A DNA stretch of 64,000 bases from Candidatus Woesebacteria bacterium (GCA_050115675.1 JASFQB010000001.1:96616-160615); one strand, 5' to 3'; shown: positions 19,223 to 30,213, counted from the first letter of the stretch. The notes: a model not told the origin generated them from the sequence alone. Numbers and translations are program-made.

Positions 19223-19981
19223 TTGCCTATTTTGGAGGTTATTGTGCATTGGCGAGAATCGAGGATAACAAATCCGCGAGGCAGGGAAGTACTAAATAAT
19301 AATCCCGAGCTGGCTGGTGCTGTTGAGCGTTTTTTGTCTAGTCCAAAGCCAGAGGAGGCTATTGGTGGACAGTCACTAGGCTCAGGTACGTATTCTTCTG
19401 CTCGGCGTTTTGGCAATTTTTTGGTTAAAGTGTCTTCTGCTACCACTAATAAAAAGGCCCATCGCAAAAGCCAAGCTGGTTCTGAAGATTTGTTTAGGCA
19501 GTTTAAATTTTTGTCTGAACTTTACGACTATTTGCAAATTAAATCAATTACAACAATTGTAACCCCGCGGCAGTATTTTGCGTACAGGTCTCGTTGCGGA
19601 GCTTATCTGCTTTGTCAGCAGTATATGGACGGCTGGATTACGCTTAAAGAATGGGCCGAGTCTAGATATAGTCCAAATGTTGAGGAAGATGTGACTTTTG
19701 TTTCAGGCTACTGTGAGTATGTTCGATGGCGCGTGATGGATTTTGCTCAAAATGCTGGTTTTGAACGAGATTTAAACGATCTAAAGCTAAAAGATGGCAA
19801 ACTGCACGCCAGAAACATTCTGGTGCCTCAAGGCTGTGATTCTAGCCCAAGCATGCCTCTTTGTATCATTGATCAGCCCTGTACTTCGGCAAGGGCACCA
19901 AGAATCTGGGTGGACATGTTGACATGGTTTATGGGTTGTGCTAACCTTAATTTTGTGCCTAACAAGGGGCATCAGACCTGA
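19223..19981 (+). CDS. Hypothetical protein.
   Basis: ORF only. Confidence 0.35.
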   Translation: MPILEVIVHWRESRITNPRGREVLNNNPELAGAVERFLSSPKPEEAIGGQSLGSGTYSSARRFGNFLVKVSSATTNKKAHRKSQAGSEDLFRQFKFLSELYDYLQIKSITTIVTPRQYFAYRSRCGAYLLCQQYMDGWITLKEWAESRYSPNVEEDVTFVSGYCEYVRWRVMDFAQNAGFERDLNDLKLKDGKLHARNILVPQGCDSSPSMPLCIIDQPCTSARAPRIWVDMLTWFMGCANLNFVPNKGHQT

Positions 19982-19997
19982 AGGTGGGATTCACGGA

Positions 19998-20261
19998 ATG
20001 AGTAGCTTCTTTGGTAGTTGGAGTTCTAGTCGGCGGCGTCGACACGGCAGTTATGGTTACGGTGTTCCTGTGCAGCAGCCGGTTTACCCAGCTGTTGACC
20101 CGTATGGGAATGCTTATCCTGTTGATCAGTACGGACGTCCCGTCCCACCGCCACAGCCCTACGCTGTTAACCTTCGTCATCCTAGGCGACACGGCCATCG
20201 CAGGCATCACGGTAGTGGACACAGTATCTTCGATGCTGTTTTTGGTGGATCGTCTTCGTGA
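19998..20261 (+). CDS. Small His/Arg/Pro/Tyr-rich low-complexity protein (hypothetical).
   Basis: ORF followed by a double hairpin terminator at 20270-20330. Confidence 0.3.
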   Translation: MSSFFGSWSSSRRRRHGSYGYGVPVQQPVYPAVDPYGNAYPVDQYGRPVPPPQPYAVNLRHPRRHGHRRHHGSGHSIFDAVFGGSSS

Positions 20262-20331
20262 ATAAGCGTTGCGCTGGTAGGCCTTATGGCCTGTTAGCGC
20301 AACAACTAACTCGCAAAATGCGAGTTATTTT

Positions 20332-21309
20332 TTATTTAGGCTCAACCGTGTCAACTAAATTAATAGCCATTTGGTTTATTTGTGCGTAAGTTTCTGCGCC
20401 TAAAATGGTCCCAACTACCGTAACTTCTTTGCCATTTATGTTTTTTTGAGTAGAAAATAATACGGTGATGTCGGCCTGTAGACTATCGCCGTGCTTTATG
20501 CCGCTAAAACCATGCTTGTTTACTAGTCCGTTGTAGTTTGGGATGTCTCCTGCGTAGGGCATGTATCCGCCTGGGCTGCCAACAATTTCGGCAAATACTG
20601 GATTTTTCATTGCAGTTTCGCCAAGTCTAACTAAATCGCTAGGTGTGCTAATGGTTTGTGGGTCAAATCCGCTTGCGTCGCCACCAACTTGGGTGGCTTC
20701 AAGTTCTAATTCGTAAAGCATCCTGTTAGCGTACATATGATATTCGTCCATAGATCCAAATCCCCAGATAGCAGCTGTGTCAGCAATATTGTTGGCAGAC
20801 ATTAGTAGCATTGCTTCTAGTGCGTCGTAAAGCGTAATTGACACCCCTGCTTTTACAGAGGCGGCTGTGCCGTTTTTTGCCACATAATCTAAGTAGAGCT
20901 GTTCGTCTGATTCAGAAATATCAATCTGTGGGCCTTCTTCGCCGGGTTTTAAGGGGTATTTTTCTAGCAGCGCCATGGCGGTAATAACCTTAGCTATGCT
21001 GGCAATTGGCCTAGGTTCCGTGTCTCCGCTTGCCGCTATAACACCGTTGCCGTCATCTGTTATTCCAATTGCAGCAGCCTGAGCTCCTTCAGGCAAAATA
21101 TCGCTTGCTATGTATTCGCTTGGCTTAGATTCTAGCGCAATTTTTTGCCTTTTCGGTGTTGTTGATGTGGTTTGCGCAGACAGTCCTTGATCAAATCTTT
21201 GACCTTGCTGATAAAACCAAAAAACTAATCCACCAATTGCTGCAATGCAAAAAATAAGCAACCTGAAACGGCGTTTTTTTGGTTTTTTATATTTTGGTCT
21301 TAAAGCCAT
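20332..21309 (-). CDS. Serine-type D-Ala-D-Ala carboxypeptidase (PBP5/DacA-like, S11).
   Basis: N-terminal TM/signal region. SxxK (ASIAKV), SxN (SANN) and a KTG-like (KHG) motif. Confidence 0.7.
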   Translation of the reverse strand: MALRPKYKKPKKRRFRLLIFCIAAIGGLVFWFYQQGQRFDQGLSAQTTSTTPKRQKIALESKPSEYIASDILPEGAQAAAIGITDDGNGVIAASGDTEPRPIASIAKVITAMALLEKYPLKPGEEGPQIDISESDEQLYLDYVAKNGTAASVKAGVSITLYDALEAMLLMSANNIADTAAIWGFGSMDEYHMYANRMLYELELEATQVGGDASGFDPQTISTPSDLVRLGETAMKNPVFAEIVGSPGGYMPYAGDIPNYNGLVNKHGFSGIKHGDSLQADITVLFSTQKNINGKEVTVVGTILGAETYAQINQMAINLVDTVEPK

Positions 21310-21341
21310 GTACTAATAGTTTAACATGACCATTATATATG

Positions 21342-22718
21342 CTATTTTTTAAACTTTTTGTGCAATCTTCTGGCGTGGTTTCGTGCATCCTCTTTATACT
21401 CGTATAGCCCAAACATCATAGCAAAGGCGGCGACTGGGGTTAGTAATTTTGTGCTGATTTGCTCTGTTGCGTCAGTGGGGGTTGCGTCAGTGGTGTTATC
21501 GTTTTTTGCAGTTATGCCGCTGGCGATCTTTCGACATCTGTTGGTTTCGGGATTCCTTTCATATCCTTCTTTGCAGGGCGTTAACGAGCTTGTTTGTGCG
21601 GTTGCTATTTTGCGGCAGCGATTAGTTTCGGGATTGCGTTCGTATCCGGTTTTGCAGGCAACCAGTTGCTCTGCGTCTGTTACAATGTTTTTACATCTGT
21701 TGGTGGCAGGGTTTAAGTATTTGCCAGCTGGGCAGATTTTAATTTCATCTTCGTTATCCTCAGTTTTTTGTGCTGGGGCATTTGGCAAATTTGCAGCTCC
21801 AGGTGTTGGCCGATCTGTTAATTGCCACAACCCGTCGATGATGACCCATGATTGATCAGACTTTAAGGTAGGGTATTCAAAAATGTCTTCTTTGTCTGTT
21901 GCAACAAGCCAAACTTCGCCACCATTGTTAAGCAGCTTATCAGCTAGACTAATTGCTAGATAAGATTTGCTTTTTATTGTGTAACCGTCAAGTAAAATCT
22001 TATCTTGCTTGTCAGTGTGCAGCCAACAATTCGCAAGAGATACGTCTTGGTCGCCGCTATTATAAAGTTCAACAAATTCACCACCATTGGTATCTGCACC
22101 AGATGGATTTGCTAAAATCTCGGTCACAGTTACGTCTGAAGCATCGCATGTTTCTGTAATTTGGCTGTCTTCGTTTTGATCTTCGGTTTGCTCGCTGGCG
22201 TCTTCATCTATAAAAAGCTCATCATCAGAAAGTTCTGAAGCAGGGGAGTAGTCTGATGTTTCGCACACCCAGGCATTATCCGTCCTAGTAGTTGCACACG
22301 ATTTTGTTTCTGAAATGCTGCTGTATGTAATTGTTTGCACCTCTATACCGTCCACTGTAAGCGTTAGGGTGCCGCCAGTGTTGCTTAAGCTGAATAAATT
22401 GGCGTTGTTGGTTTTAGGAAAAATCGCTACTCGTTGATCTGGTTTTAGTACGATTGACGGTAAGGCTAGCTTGTAATTGTCTTTTGTGATAATTGCATTT
22501 GCAAGTATTTGCTGGGTGTCGGTAGGATTGTAAAGTTCAATAAACTCATCAATGCCCTGTCCATCACGCTCGCTGCCTTCGGCATTTGGATAAATCTCAG
22601 AAATAATAATCCCCAAATATTCATTTGTGACGTCCTGAGCTAAAGCTGGTAATGGAAAACTGGCACTTATCAACACCACTGATATGATAAGTCGTATTAT
22701 ACTTCCCCTCATAGGCAA
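21342..22718 (-). CDS. Secreted protein with two lamin-tail domains (LTD) and three Cys-rich repeats.
   Basis: Signal peptide. LTD motifs EFIELYNP and EFVELYNS. Three repeats of C(K/P)xGYERNPETNRCRKI. Confidence 0.7.
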   Translation of the reverse strand: MPMRGSIIRLIISVVLISASFPLPALAQDVTNEYLGIIISEIYPNAEGSERDGQGIDEFIELYNPTDTQQILANAIITKDNYKLALPSIVLKPDQRVAIFPKTNNANLFSLSNTGGTLTLTVDGIEVQTITYSSISETKSCATTRTDNAWVCETSDYSPASELSDDELFIDEDASEQTEDQNEDSQITETCDASDVTVTEILANPSGADTNGGEFVELYNSGDQDVSLANCWLHTDKQDKILLDGYTIKSKSYLAISLADKLLNNGGEVWLVATDKEDIFEYPTLKSDQSWVIIDGLWQLTDRPTPGAANLPNAPAQKTEDNEDEIKICPAGKYLNPATNRCKNIVTDAEQLVACKTGYERNPETNRCRKIATAQTSSLTPCKEGYERNPETNRCRKIASGITAKNDNTTDATPTDATEQISTKLLTPVAAFAMMFGLYEYKEDARNHARRLHKKFKK

Positions 22719-22783
22719 GTATGATAAGGCCAGTTTCCCATTTTGTCAAAAACTTTACGTCGCAAAGTTACTAAAAGTTGACA

Positions 22784-23587
22784 TCACGCGCATGTTTTTG
22801 CGAACGCTAGGTCTCGCTCAATAAGCTGCTCCCAAGAGGTAATGTTGCCGTTTTCGATTTCGCGAAGCGTATCTTCCGTGTATCTAGTAACTTGTGGCCT
22901 GTGGGTCGCGACTAGCGCGTTGGCCTCCGGAAGTGCAAACTCAAAATTGTACACCAAGGCAACTTGCGCCTGCTGAAACTTGAGGACCTTGTCTATAGAA
23001 GGAGCCTTGCCACTATTTTGCTCTCTGCAAAGCATGTGAGAGGATAATGGGCTAGTAGGCATAAACAGATCGCTAAAATCTCCGCAAGCAACACATTCGG
23101 CAACCTTTTTGGCGCTTTCTGATGGGTGGTCAATGTAATTGACTCTTTGTCCAATAAGGTTACCATTCTTGTCAAAAAGCGGCTCCGTGCAAACAATGGC
23201 ATGGGCGCAGACTTCTCCAAAAACGCTAGGAATACTCTTCGCAGTGTCAATCCTGTTTTTTAGCCATTCTGCAGAGGTTTGCTCATCATGTCCACGATTG
23301 GCGGGAAAACTTTGGCATACGTCGTGTGCGAGCCCCGCAAGGCGGCTAGCTCGAACCTCGGCGCGATTTAGTCCCAGTACTTTTGCCAATTTAGTGGACG
23401 TGTCCCCAACTAGCCTTGTGTGGAAGCCGTTGTGGTAGTACGCGATTTTCTCTACTCCCTTCCTAAAATGCGGGTATCCACTTCCGTATCTGTGATCAAC
23501 GTATCTAATCGTGCCTTGCTCAAGCAGTGCAATCTCACGACTGGCACGCCATGAAAGCCTGACACCCTCTAGGCCAATGCTGTTCAT
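22784..23587 (-). CDS. HD-domain phosphohydrolase-like protein.
   Basis: H..H....D pattern (HNGFHTRLV...LAGLAHDV). Confidence 0.45.
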   Translation of the reverse strand: MNSIGLEGVRLSWRASREIALLEQGTIRYVDHRYGSGYPHFRKGVEKIAYYHNGFHTRLVGDTSTKLAKVLGLNRAEVRASRLAGLAHDVCQSFPANRGHDEQTSAEWLKNRIDTAKSIPSVFGEVCAHAIVCTEPLFDKNGNLIGQRVNYIDHPSESAKKVAECVACGDFSDLFMPTSPLSSHMLCREQNSGKAPSIDKVLKFQQAQVALVYNFEFALPEANALVATHRPQVTRYTEDTLREIENGNITSWEQLIERDLAFAKTCA

Positions 23588-23669
23588 TGCAATCTCCCTT
23601 ACGTCCTTACCTTGCGTACTTCATTATGTTATCAGCTGCTATATAAATTTTGTAATTGTTGTGCAAAAA

Positions 23670-24473
23670 ATGCACAAGTGCTTAAATATAAACATGGTAA
23701 CAGACACAAGTTATGTAAAAGCTTACTTTAAAAAAATAGGATTTGTTCCAGAGATCGCCAGTATTTATCTGGCGCTATACAGATATGGAGAGCAAACGAT
23801 ATCTGAATTAGCTCGTAATTCTGGCGTAGAACGGACCAAAATATATCGCTTAACAGAAGAATTAAAAAGCACTAATCTAATTGAAATAGTGGTGCAATAT
23901 AAGCACATGATTTATCGTGCAGCACCAATTTCTAATTTACAAATTACTATTATGCAGCGCGAGCAAGATCTTAAAGTTTTGCAAAATGAGCTTAAAAATA
24001 TAAGTAATATTTTAGAAGTTAAAAGTTTGGAATCTGCAGTCTCACGAGTTCAGTTTTACAAAGGTTTTGAGGGTGTAAAGCAAATGTTTTGGAACGAAAC
24101 CTATAGTAAAAGCGAAGTTTTGTGTATTCTTTCTGAAAACATGCAAAGCAAAACAAAAGCAACGTTTTTTGAACGTTGGGCACGCAAATGCAACGATTTG
24201 GATATAAAATTTAGGGGAATTGTTGGTGACAATTTCGCAAAAACTCAACAAGAATGGCAAAAAAGAAACGTCAAAGAAAAGCTTAAAAACTGGCAGGAGC
24301 GATATGTGTCAGACGACATATTCGCAATAACTCATTCAACAATTATCTACAATGATATTGTGGCATACTATAGCTGGCGTGATGGTGAAATTTTTGGCAT
24401 AGAAATATATAATCAAGACATTGCCAATGCTCAAAAGGCTTTTTTTGAGATGCTGTGGCAAAAGCTGACTTAG
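23670..24473 (+). CDS. TrmB-like winged-helix transcriptional regulator.
   Basis: N-terminal HTH IYLALYRYGEQTISELARNSGVERTKIYRLTEEL typical of the TrmB family. Confidence 0.5.
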   Translation: MHKCLNINMVTDTSYVKAYFKKIGFVPEIASIYLALYRYGEQTISELARNSGVERTKIYRLTEELKSTNLIEIVVQYKHMIYRAAPISNLQITIMQREQDLKVLQNELKNISNILEVKSLESAVSRVQFYKGFEGVKQMFWNETYSKSEVLCILSENMQSKTKATFFERWARKCNDLDIKFRGIVGDNFAKTQQEWQKRNVKEKLKNWQERYVSDDIFAITHSTIIYNDIVAYYSWRDGEIFGIEIYNQDIANAQKAFFEMLWQKLT

Positions 24474-24919
24474 ATTGATCCCCCTCAAAAAGAGGGGGGT
24501 AGAGCGTAATTAGGTGTTACGGCCCATTGAGAATTGGCCTGGGGACGTGATTGGCTTGGTTTGAGCAGACTTTTTCGCCTTTCTCATCTACCGTTACTGT
24601 TCCTGTGCAGCGGATATATTTTACGTTGCGAAAAACCACGCAATTGCAGGAAGTCCCCTGAGACACGATTTCCTCCTAGCATGTGATTAACAGGTTCTAA
24701 GTATAATTTTAGTCGTTTTGCGGCTTTAATCAATTGTATGTGTTATTTTTAGCAACAGGGGATCAGTAAAAGGCTCAAGGGTTGACCTTTTGGGTAATTT
24801 CTGCTAATATAAATAGCATTGTGTAAATGATCCGGGTAAGTTTGTAGTTATTAGTACTCGATGTCATTCGTGCAATCAAGTATTTAGTAACTGTTTAAAA
24901 CAGACGAGGATTATTTTTT

Positions 24920-26110
24920 ATGTCTAAACAATTTTATTCTAATTCTAGACGATCATCTTTTAGATCGCGTCGCCCGAGTGCTCCTAGGGCAAAAAATCAA
25001 AAGCAGTATATTCATCCTAGTCGCTTTATTAAAGCTGCAAAACCTGTAGAAGAGGTTATATATACTCCAACTCACCAGTTTGATGATTTTGAGCTTAACG
25101 ATCTAATTAAGTCAAATATTAAAGCCAAGGGCTATGTGACTCCTTCTCCTATCCAGGATAAGGCTATTCCTGTTGGTCTTGATGGTAAGGATATTGTTGG
25201 TATTGCTAATACCGGTACGGGCAAGACGGCTGCTTTTGCATTGCCAATTTTGCACCAACTTATGCTTTACCCACAGGCCAAGGCAATTGTTATTGCGCCT
25301 ACGCGAGAATTGGCGCAGCAGATTGAAGAAGAATGTCGTGCCTTTGCTAAAGGCAGTGGCATGAATGCTGCCCTGTTAATTGGTGGCATGCCAATGCCTG
25401 CACAGCTTTACGAGCTAGGTCGCAATCCATCAATTGTTATTGGTACGCCCGGTCGTATTAAAGATCACGTGCAACGTGGCAGCTTAGACTTATCTAAGTT
25501 TACTTTGGTTGCGCTAGACGAGGTTGATCGCATGGTTGACATGGGCTTTATTAAAGACATTAGATTCCTACTTGGTCAGATCTCTGACACTCGCCAATCA
25601 TTCTTCTTTTCTGCCACATTAGATCCAAATCTTAAGGCATTAATAGAAAGCTTTTTGCGCGAACCCGTAACAATTTCGGTTAAAATGGGCGAAACAAGTG
25701 ATAATGTCGAGCAAAATGTTGTTCATTATACAGACACTGCTCACAAAATAGAGCAATTGCACGATGCGCTAATTCAAGAAAGTACCAAAAAGACTTTGAT
25801 TTTTGATGACACTCAGCGCAGCGTAGACCGCTTGGCAAAAACTTTGCAGGCACGAGGATTCAAATCTGATTCTATTCATGGTGGTAAAAGCCAGTCTCAA
25901 AGACAGCGTGCGTTGAACAAGTTTAAGCGCAACGACATTACTATTTTAGTAGCAACAGACGTTGCAGCGCGTGGTATTGACGTTGCTGACGTTACTCACG
26001 TTATTAACTACAGTACACCTCAGACTTACGAAGATTACGTACACCGAATTGGTCGTGCTGGTCGTGCGGGCCGCACTGGCTATGCTTTAACGTTTATCGA
26101 TAAGCAGTAG
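24920..26110 (+). CDS. DEAD-box ATP-dependent RNA helicase.
   Basis: Q-motif, Walker A GTGKTAAF, DEVD, SAT, HRIGRAGRAGRTG. Confidence 0.9.
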   Translation: MSKQFYSNSRRSSFRSRRPSAPRAKNQKQYIHPSRFIKAAKPVEEVIYTPTHQFDDFELNDLIKSNIKAKGYVTPSPIQDKAIPVGLDGKDIVGIANTGTGKTAAFALPILHQLMLYPQAKAIVIAPTRELAQQIEEECRAFAKGSGMNAALLIGGMPMPAQLYELGRNPSIVIGTPGRIKDHVQRGSLDLSKFTLVALDEVDRMVDMGFIKDIRFLLGQISDTRQSFFFSATLDPNLKALIESFLREPVTISVKMGETSDNVEQNVVHYTDTAHKIEQLHDALIQESTKKTLIFDDTQRSVDRLAKTLQARGFKSDSIHGGKSQSQRQRALNKFKRNDITILVATDVAARGIDVADVTHVINYSTPQTYEDYVHRIGRAGRAGRTGYALTFIDKQ

Positions 26111-26124
26111 TTTATATAAGACGC

Positions 26125-26170
26125 AAAAATCGCATCGCTTTTGGCTAAAAGGTGCGATTTTTGTTTTGTT
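26125..26170 (+). terminator. Rho-independent terminator.
   Basis: Stem aaatcgca/tgcgattt followed by a T-run. Confidence 0.5.
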
Positions 26171-26209
26171 TAATCTGACAAAACAGATAACTACTGCTAA
26201 TATGATTGT

Positions 26210-26788
26210 ATGATACCAATCTGGTTTGTTTACGTTGCCATTTTAATGCGTCTATTTAGTGGCGCACTTTACCTGGCGTCAATTTTAATAGGGCGGGCCA
26301 AACCTAATCCCGTAACATGGTTTTTTTGGGGATTAACTCCCTTAATTGCCTTTGCAGCGCAGGTTAGCAGTGGTTTTAGTGTGGATGCTTTGGTGACCTT
26401 GACGCTAAGTTTGGGGCCGCTTGCTATTTTTTTGACTGCGTTTATAAAACACCGAAAGCTTTGGAAATTTACAACATCCACTTTTGTTTGTGCTTTGTTG
26501 GCGGCGCTAGGTGTTGTGCTGTGGCAAATTACTGATGACCCAGTTTTGGCCACGATTTTTAGTATATTTGCAGATATATCAGCAAGTATGCCTACGGTTA
26601 TAAAATCTTACTTAAAGCCAGAAACAGAATGCGCGGTGCCGTATCTGATCTCTATGGCTAGCATGGCTACAACCCTTCTGACAATTAATGATTGGTCGTT
26701 TACAAATTATGGCTTTATTGTGTATATTTTTGCGATTAACTTTACAATTTTATCGGCCATATATCTGGGCAAACTGCGTCGCACCTAG
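26210..26788 (+). CDS. Polytopic membrane protein (hypothetical).
   Basis: Five to six hydrophobic helices. Confidence 0.5.
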   Translation: MIPIWFVYVAILMRLFSGALYLASILIGRAKPNPVTWFFWGLTPLIAFAAQVSSGFSVDALVTLTLSLGPLAIFLTAFIKHRKLWKFTTSTFVCALLAALGVVLWQITDDPVLATIFSIFADISASMPTVIKSYLKPETECAVPYLISMASMATTLLTINDWSFTNYGFIVYIFAINFTILSAIYLGKLRRT

Positions 26789-26973
26789 ATACTAAAAATA
26801 TATAATTTAGTGTTATAGAAAAGTTTTTGACGTTAAGTTATACTTAACGAGTGTAAAAAGGCTACATTGTTAAGCCATAACGTCGGAGGGTAGCGACTAT
26901 TATTAATTGTGACCAAAAACACGGCAGCGCGTCGTGGATTAACTTATTTAATGTTCAGTCAAGGCCGTTAGAG

Positions 26974-27981
26974 TTGGCAAAAAAACATAGGTTGGTAAAT
27001 GTGGCAAAAGATGCATTTATTGACATTCATAAAACATGCAGTAGCTTAGAATCGCCAGTAGACGATAAAGATTTAATCTATCAGTGCTTATTTAGGCTAT
27101 TCTCTTTTGCGCCTAGTATTTATATCAAAAAAGGTAAAGTCGTGCAAAAAACTTGGCTTGGTAGTAAGTATCATGAAGTAGAAAATGACGAATGTGTAGA
27201 ATTTTATCAAGATTGTTTGCTGGATATATACAACGAGCAAAAGGCATATTTGGCTGAGCGTTATTACAAGAATAACACCAAGCTGTTTAGCGACCTTCAT
27301 AAAATATTTTCTGGTTTTTGCTGCAGGGGCAAGATAAAAAATATTGCTGGTAGACCATATTTGGTGACTAGAAGCAGTAAAATCTTGCTAGAAATTAAAG
27401 AAATATCGCCAAGTTTTGCCCAGTTGGTTCACGAAAATTTTCATTATATGCATACTCCACGCAACAACGGTCCATGTTTGGGCTTATTTTTGCAGGATAA
27501 TAAATTGCCCTTTTCTGTTTTAGCGATAGAAAAGGTGGACAGGCATTATAAAAAAGCAGCGCTTGCATATTATGGAATGTCAGCAGACCATTGTTATGAA
27601 GTAACTAGGCTGTATAATGTCCATAGCTCGCCCTATAATACCTCAAGTCTAATGTTGTCTCAGGCCTCTACATATTTAAAAAATAACGACAGATATTGGC
27701 AGTCGACAATCTCAACTTTTATGCCTAGCTATGCAACAGGAGGTTCGATGTTTGGCGGTGGTTTTGAGCAAATATTGTTTGCGAAGCCTTGTAGGCATTT
27801 ATATCAAGAAACGCCCCAAGGTATGGCAACGAAAACCAACCGTACAGTCACTGCAAGAAATTGCTTAAGTAACATAACTAAAATTATGCCAGCCATAGAG
27901 TTAATTTATGCACGCGAAAGGAAATGCTCTGTTGTACGCAACGACCAGCAAATCTTGGTGAAAAAATCGCCATCAGGGTAG
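26974..27981 (+). CDS. Hypothetical protein.
   Basis: Long ORF, no family recognised. Confidence 0.4.
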   Translation: MAKKHRLVNVAKDAFIDIHKTCSSLESPVDDKDLIYQCLFRLFSFAPSIYIKKGKVVQKTWLGSKYHEVENDECVEFYQDCLLDIYNEQKAYLAERYYKNNTKLFSDLHKIFSGFCCRGKIKNIAGRPYLVTRSSKILLEIKEISPSFAQLVHENFHYMHTPRNNGPCLGLFLQDNKLPFSVLAIEKVDRHYKKAALAYYGMSADHCYEVTRLYNVHSSPYNTSSLMLSQASTYLKNNDRYWQSTISTFMPSYATGGSMFGGGFEQILFAKPCRHLYQETPQGMATKTNRTVTARNCLSNITKIMPAIELIYARERKCSVVRNDQQILVKKSPSG

Positions 27982-28007
27982 CGTATTGCTTAGTTTTATT
28001 GTACAAT

Positions 28008-28598
28008 ATGAAAGTGCAACGTAAATACGTCTATTTTACCACCATTAAAAACATCGATCAGCACATAGAAGTTGATCGTCAAGTTAATACTATTTTTAAG
28101 CGACACAGATGTCAGCTTATTAATGATTGGTGGCTAAAAGATTTTCCTTATGGCATAGACATTGTCGATAGACGAATAGAAAGTCAACTCTCTGACGCTC
28201 AAAGTGATTTAGGACAGGCAGAGTTTGCGGTTGTTGATTTTAGTATTAAATCTCGCTGGGCGTTTTTTAAGTCTATGTTGGCTGTACAAAAGAAGATTCC
28301 GCTATTGTGCATTGTTAAAAACAATCAAATCGAAAACGTTCCAGAAATGATATTAGCTAGCCAATCTGGACTTATGGCGGTTGCATCCTACGATACTATA
28401 GACGACCTTGAACCTCAAATAAAGCGTTTTCTTAAGCAAACCGGCACACTTAAAAAGCGATTTAATATAATGCTCAACACGACATCGCTTAAGCAGTTGG
28501 AAACTCTATCAGAAGAGCTAGAGTTGCCAAAAGCTGATGTTGTACGCAGCCTTATCGCTGACCACTACAAACATTTTTCTCAAAAACCTAAGCGTTAG
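28008..28598 (+). CDS. Hypothetical protein.
   Basis: ORF. The start is chosen at MKVQRKY and is uncertain. Confidence 0.35.
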   Translation: MKVQRKYVYFTTIKNIDQHIEVDRQVNTIFKRHRCQLINDWWLKDFPYGIDIVDRRIESQLSDAQSDLGQAEFAVVDFSIKSRWAFFKSMLAVQKKIPLLCIVKNNQIENVPEMILASQSGLMAVASYDTIDDLEPQIKRFLKQTGTLKKRFNIMLNTTSLKQLETLSEELELPKADVVRSLIADHYKHFSQKPKR

Positions 28599-29506
28599 TT
28601 GCTAACTACTGTTAACTGTTTTATTTTATCTGCAGAGCCTTTTAGGGCTTTTTTTGTTTCTTCTAGTAAATCGCTCTCAATGTTTACCTCAATTACAAGG
28701 TGAGAGTTTAGTTTTGCAAATTCTTTAATATTTTTTAGATCTTTATTATAGTTTGTTGGGTCAATTTCAAATTTAAAAAAGTGAAATTTATTAAACATAG
28801 GCTCAAGATCTTGATTTAAATTAGCAACATGCATTTTAGGCGGTTTTAGAGACTTAACAGAACTGTTTTTGCCTTTTACGGCCTGAACAATCTCGATAGC
28901 TTTTTTGCGATCAATGTTTTCAAAAGTATCTAAGTTGTCACTTATTACTGCAGTTTGAATATCGTATCCAGATATGTGGCTAACTACTCGCAATTTGCGA
29001 ATTGCGTCTAAGTCTATTCCTCCTGCTAGCATTACATTTTGGTCTTTATAAAGCTCTGCCATGTGTTGAATTGTAGGGTAGGGAATGCGCTCGCCAGTGC
29101 CACCAACGTAGTTTTTATTAACAATTACATAGTTTGATAGTAAAAATTCATTTGGCCTAGGAGAGATAACGGGTGAGGTAACGCCCATAATTATCAATGA
29201 TTTGCCAAAATACGATCGCAACATGGCAAAAAGTCCAGGAACAGGTGGATAATGAAGCTCGATTCCTTGACAGCCAGTACTTCTGATAAGCTCAATAATG
29301 CGCTCTATGCTTCGCTCTTTTGTTACTAATATGCTTTTGGTCTGAGGGAACTCATTGGCTAGCATACGGTTAATTTGCTGAAAAACCGGAATGCGCTCAA
29401 GATGGTCGCGAGTAACCAAATGCAAGCCAATAAAGTCCACGCCTTGTTCGGCAAGAGTGCGGGCTTCGTATATATTTTTGATGTTACTTATTTTAAGCAG
29501 TCGCAT
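28595..29506 (-). CDS. trpF: Phosphoribosylanthranilate isomerase-like (TrpF-like) protein with a C-terminal extension of about 100 aa.
   Basis: PRAI-like TIM-barrel motifs: MRLLKISNIKNIYEARTLAEQGVDFIGLHL, VGGTGERI, LAGGIDLDAIRKL. Confidence 0.5.
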   Translation of the reverse strand: MRLLKISNIKNIYEARTLAEQGVDFIGLHLVTRDHLERIPVFQQINRMLANEFPQTKSILVTKERSIERIIELIRSTGCQGIELHYPPVPGLFAMLRSYFGKSLIIMGVTSPVISPRPNEFLLSNYVIVNKNYVGGTGERIPYPTIQHMAELYKDQNVMLAGGIDLDAIRKLRVVSHISGYDIQTAVISDNLDTFENIDRKKAIEIVQAVKGKNSSVKSLKPPKMHVANLNQDLEPMFNKFHFFKFEIDPTNYNKDLKNIKEFAKLNSHLVIEVNIESDLLEETKKALKGSADKIKQLTVVSN

Positions 29507-29517
29507 GTATCCTCCTC

Positions 29518-30213
29518 TTATAAAATGCAGTCCACTAAAATTTTAAAATCGGTCGTTTTTTCTACCTGAACAAAATTTAACTTGCAGTTTCGCGCAAAGG
29601 CGCTGTCAACTCTAATGTCGTCGCCAACATAGTAAAAGTCAGAAGAATGGCGAATAAATTTTTGCGGAACCCTTGACAGTCCAAATGCGTCTGGCTTGTC
29701 GTGCAGAATGCCTTTTTTGTCGCGTAAGCTATCCTCGCCAACAACAAAACAAAAAAAGTACGAAGTTTTGGTTTTATCAAGAACGGCTTTAATTACACTT
29801 TCGCGCGCACTAGATATTATTCCCAGCGTGCAGTTATTTTTTTGTAGCTTATGCAGCGCTAATTTTAGATTGTGTCCTAGCCGTGCCGACAGGTTGCTTG
29901 CAGGCATGCTGTCGATAATTGCCAGTGCATGGGCCTCTTTTTGTTGTACCAGCAACTCTGCTAGTTTATCACTATCTGGCTGATTGTAGTGAGCTTTAAG
30001 CCTTTCTGCCTTATTTTTATCGCTCAAAAGATGCTGCTTAACGCGATTTTCGCTGTCAAAACGCTCGTTAAGCCACAGCACTTCTGGCAAATGGGCATCT
30101 AAATTTGGCTCAAGATCGGCCTTTTGTAAAATTTGCTCCCAAGCTTTGCGATGAACATCGCTTAAATATATGATTGTTTTGTCAAAATCAAATGCCACAA
30201 ACCTCTTTTGCAT
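29518..30213 (-). CDS. HAD-superfamily hydrolase (phosphatase).
   Basis: Motif I FDFDKTII, motif IV YVGDDIRVD. Confidence 0.7.
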   Translation of the reverse strand: MQKRFVAFDFDKTIIYLSDVHRKAWEQILQKADLEPNLDAHLPEVLWLNERFDSENRVKQHLLSDKNKAERLKAHYNQPDSDKLAELLVQQKEAHALAIIDSMPASNLSARLGHNLKLALHKLQKNNCTLGIISSARESVIKAVLDKTKTSYFFCFVVGEDSLRDKKGILHDKPDAFGLSRVPQKFIRHSSDFYYVGDDIRVDSAFARNCKLNFVQVEKTTDFKILVDCIL

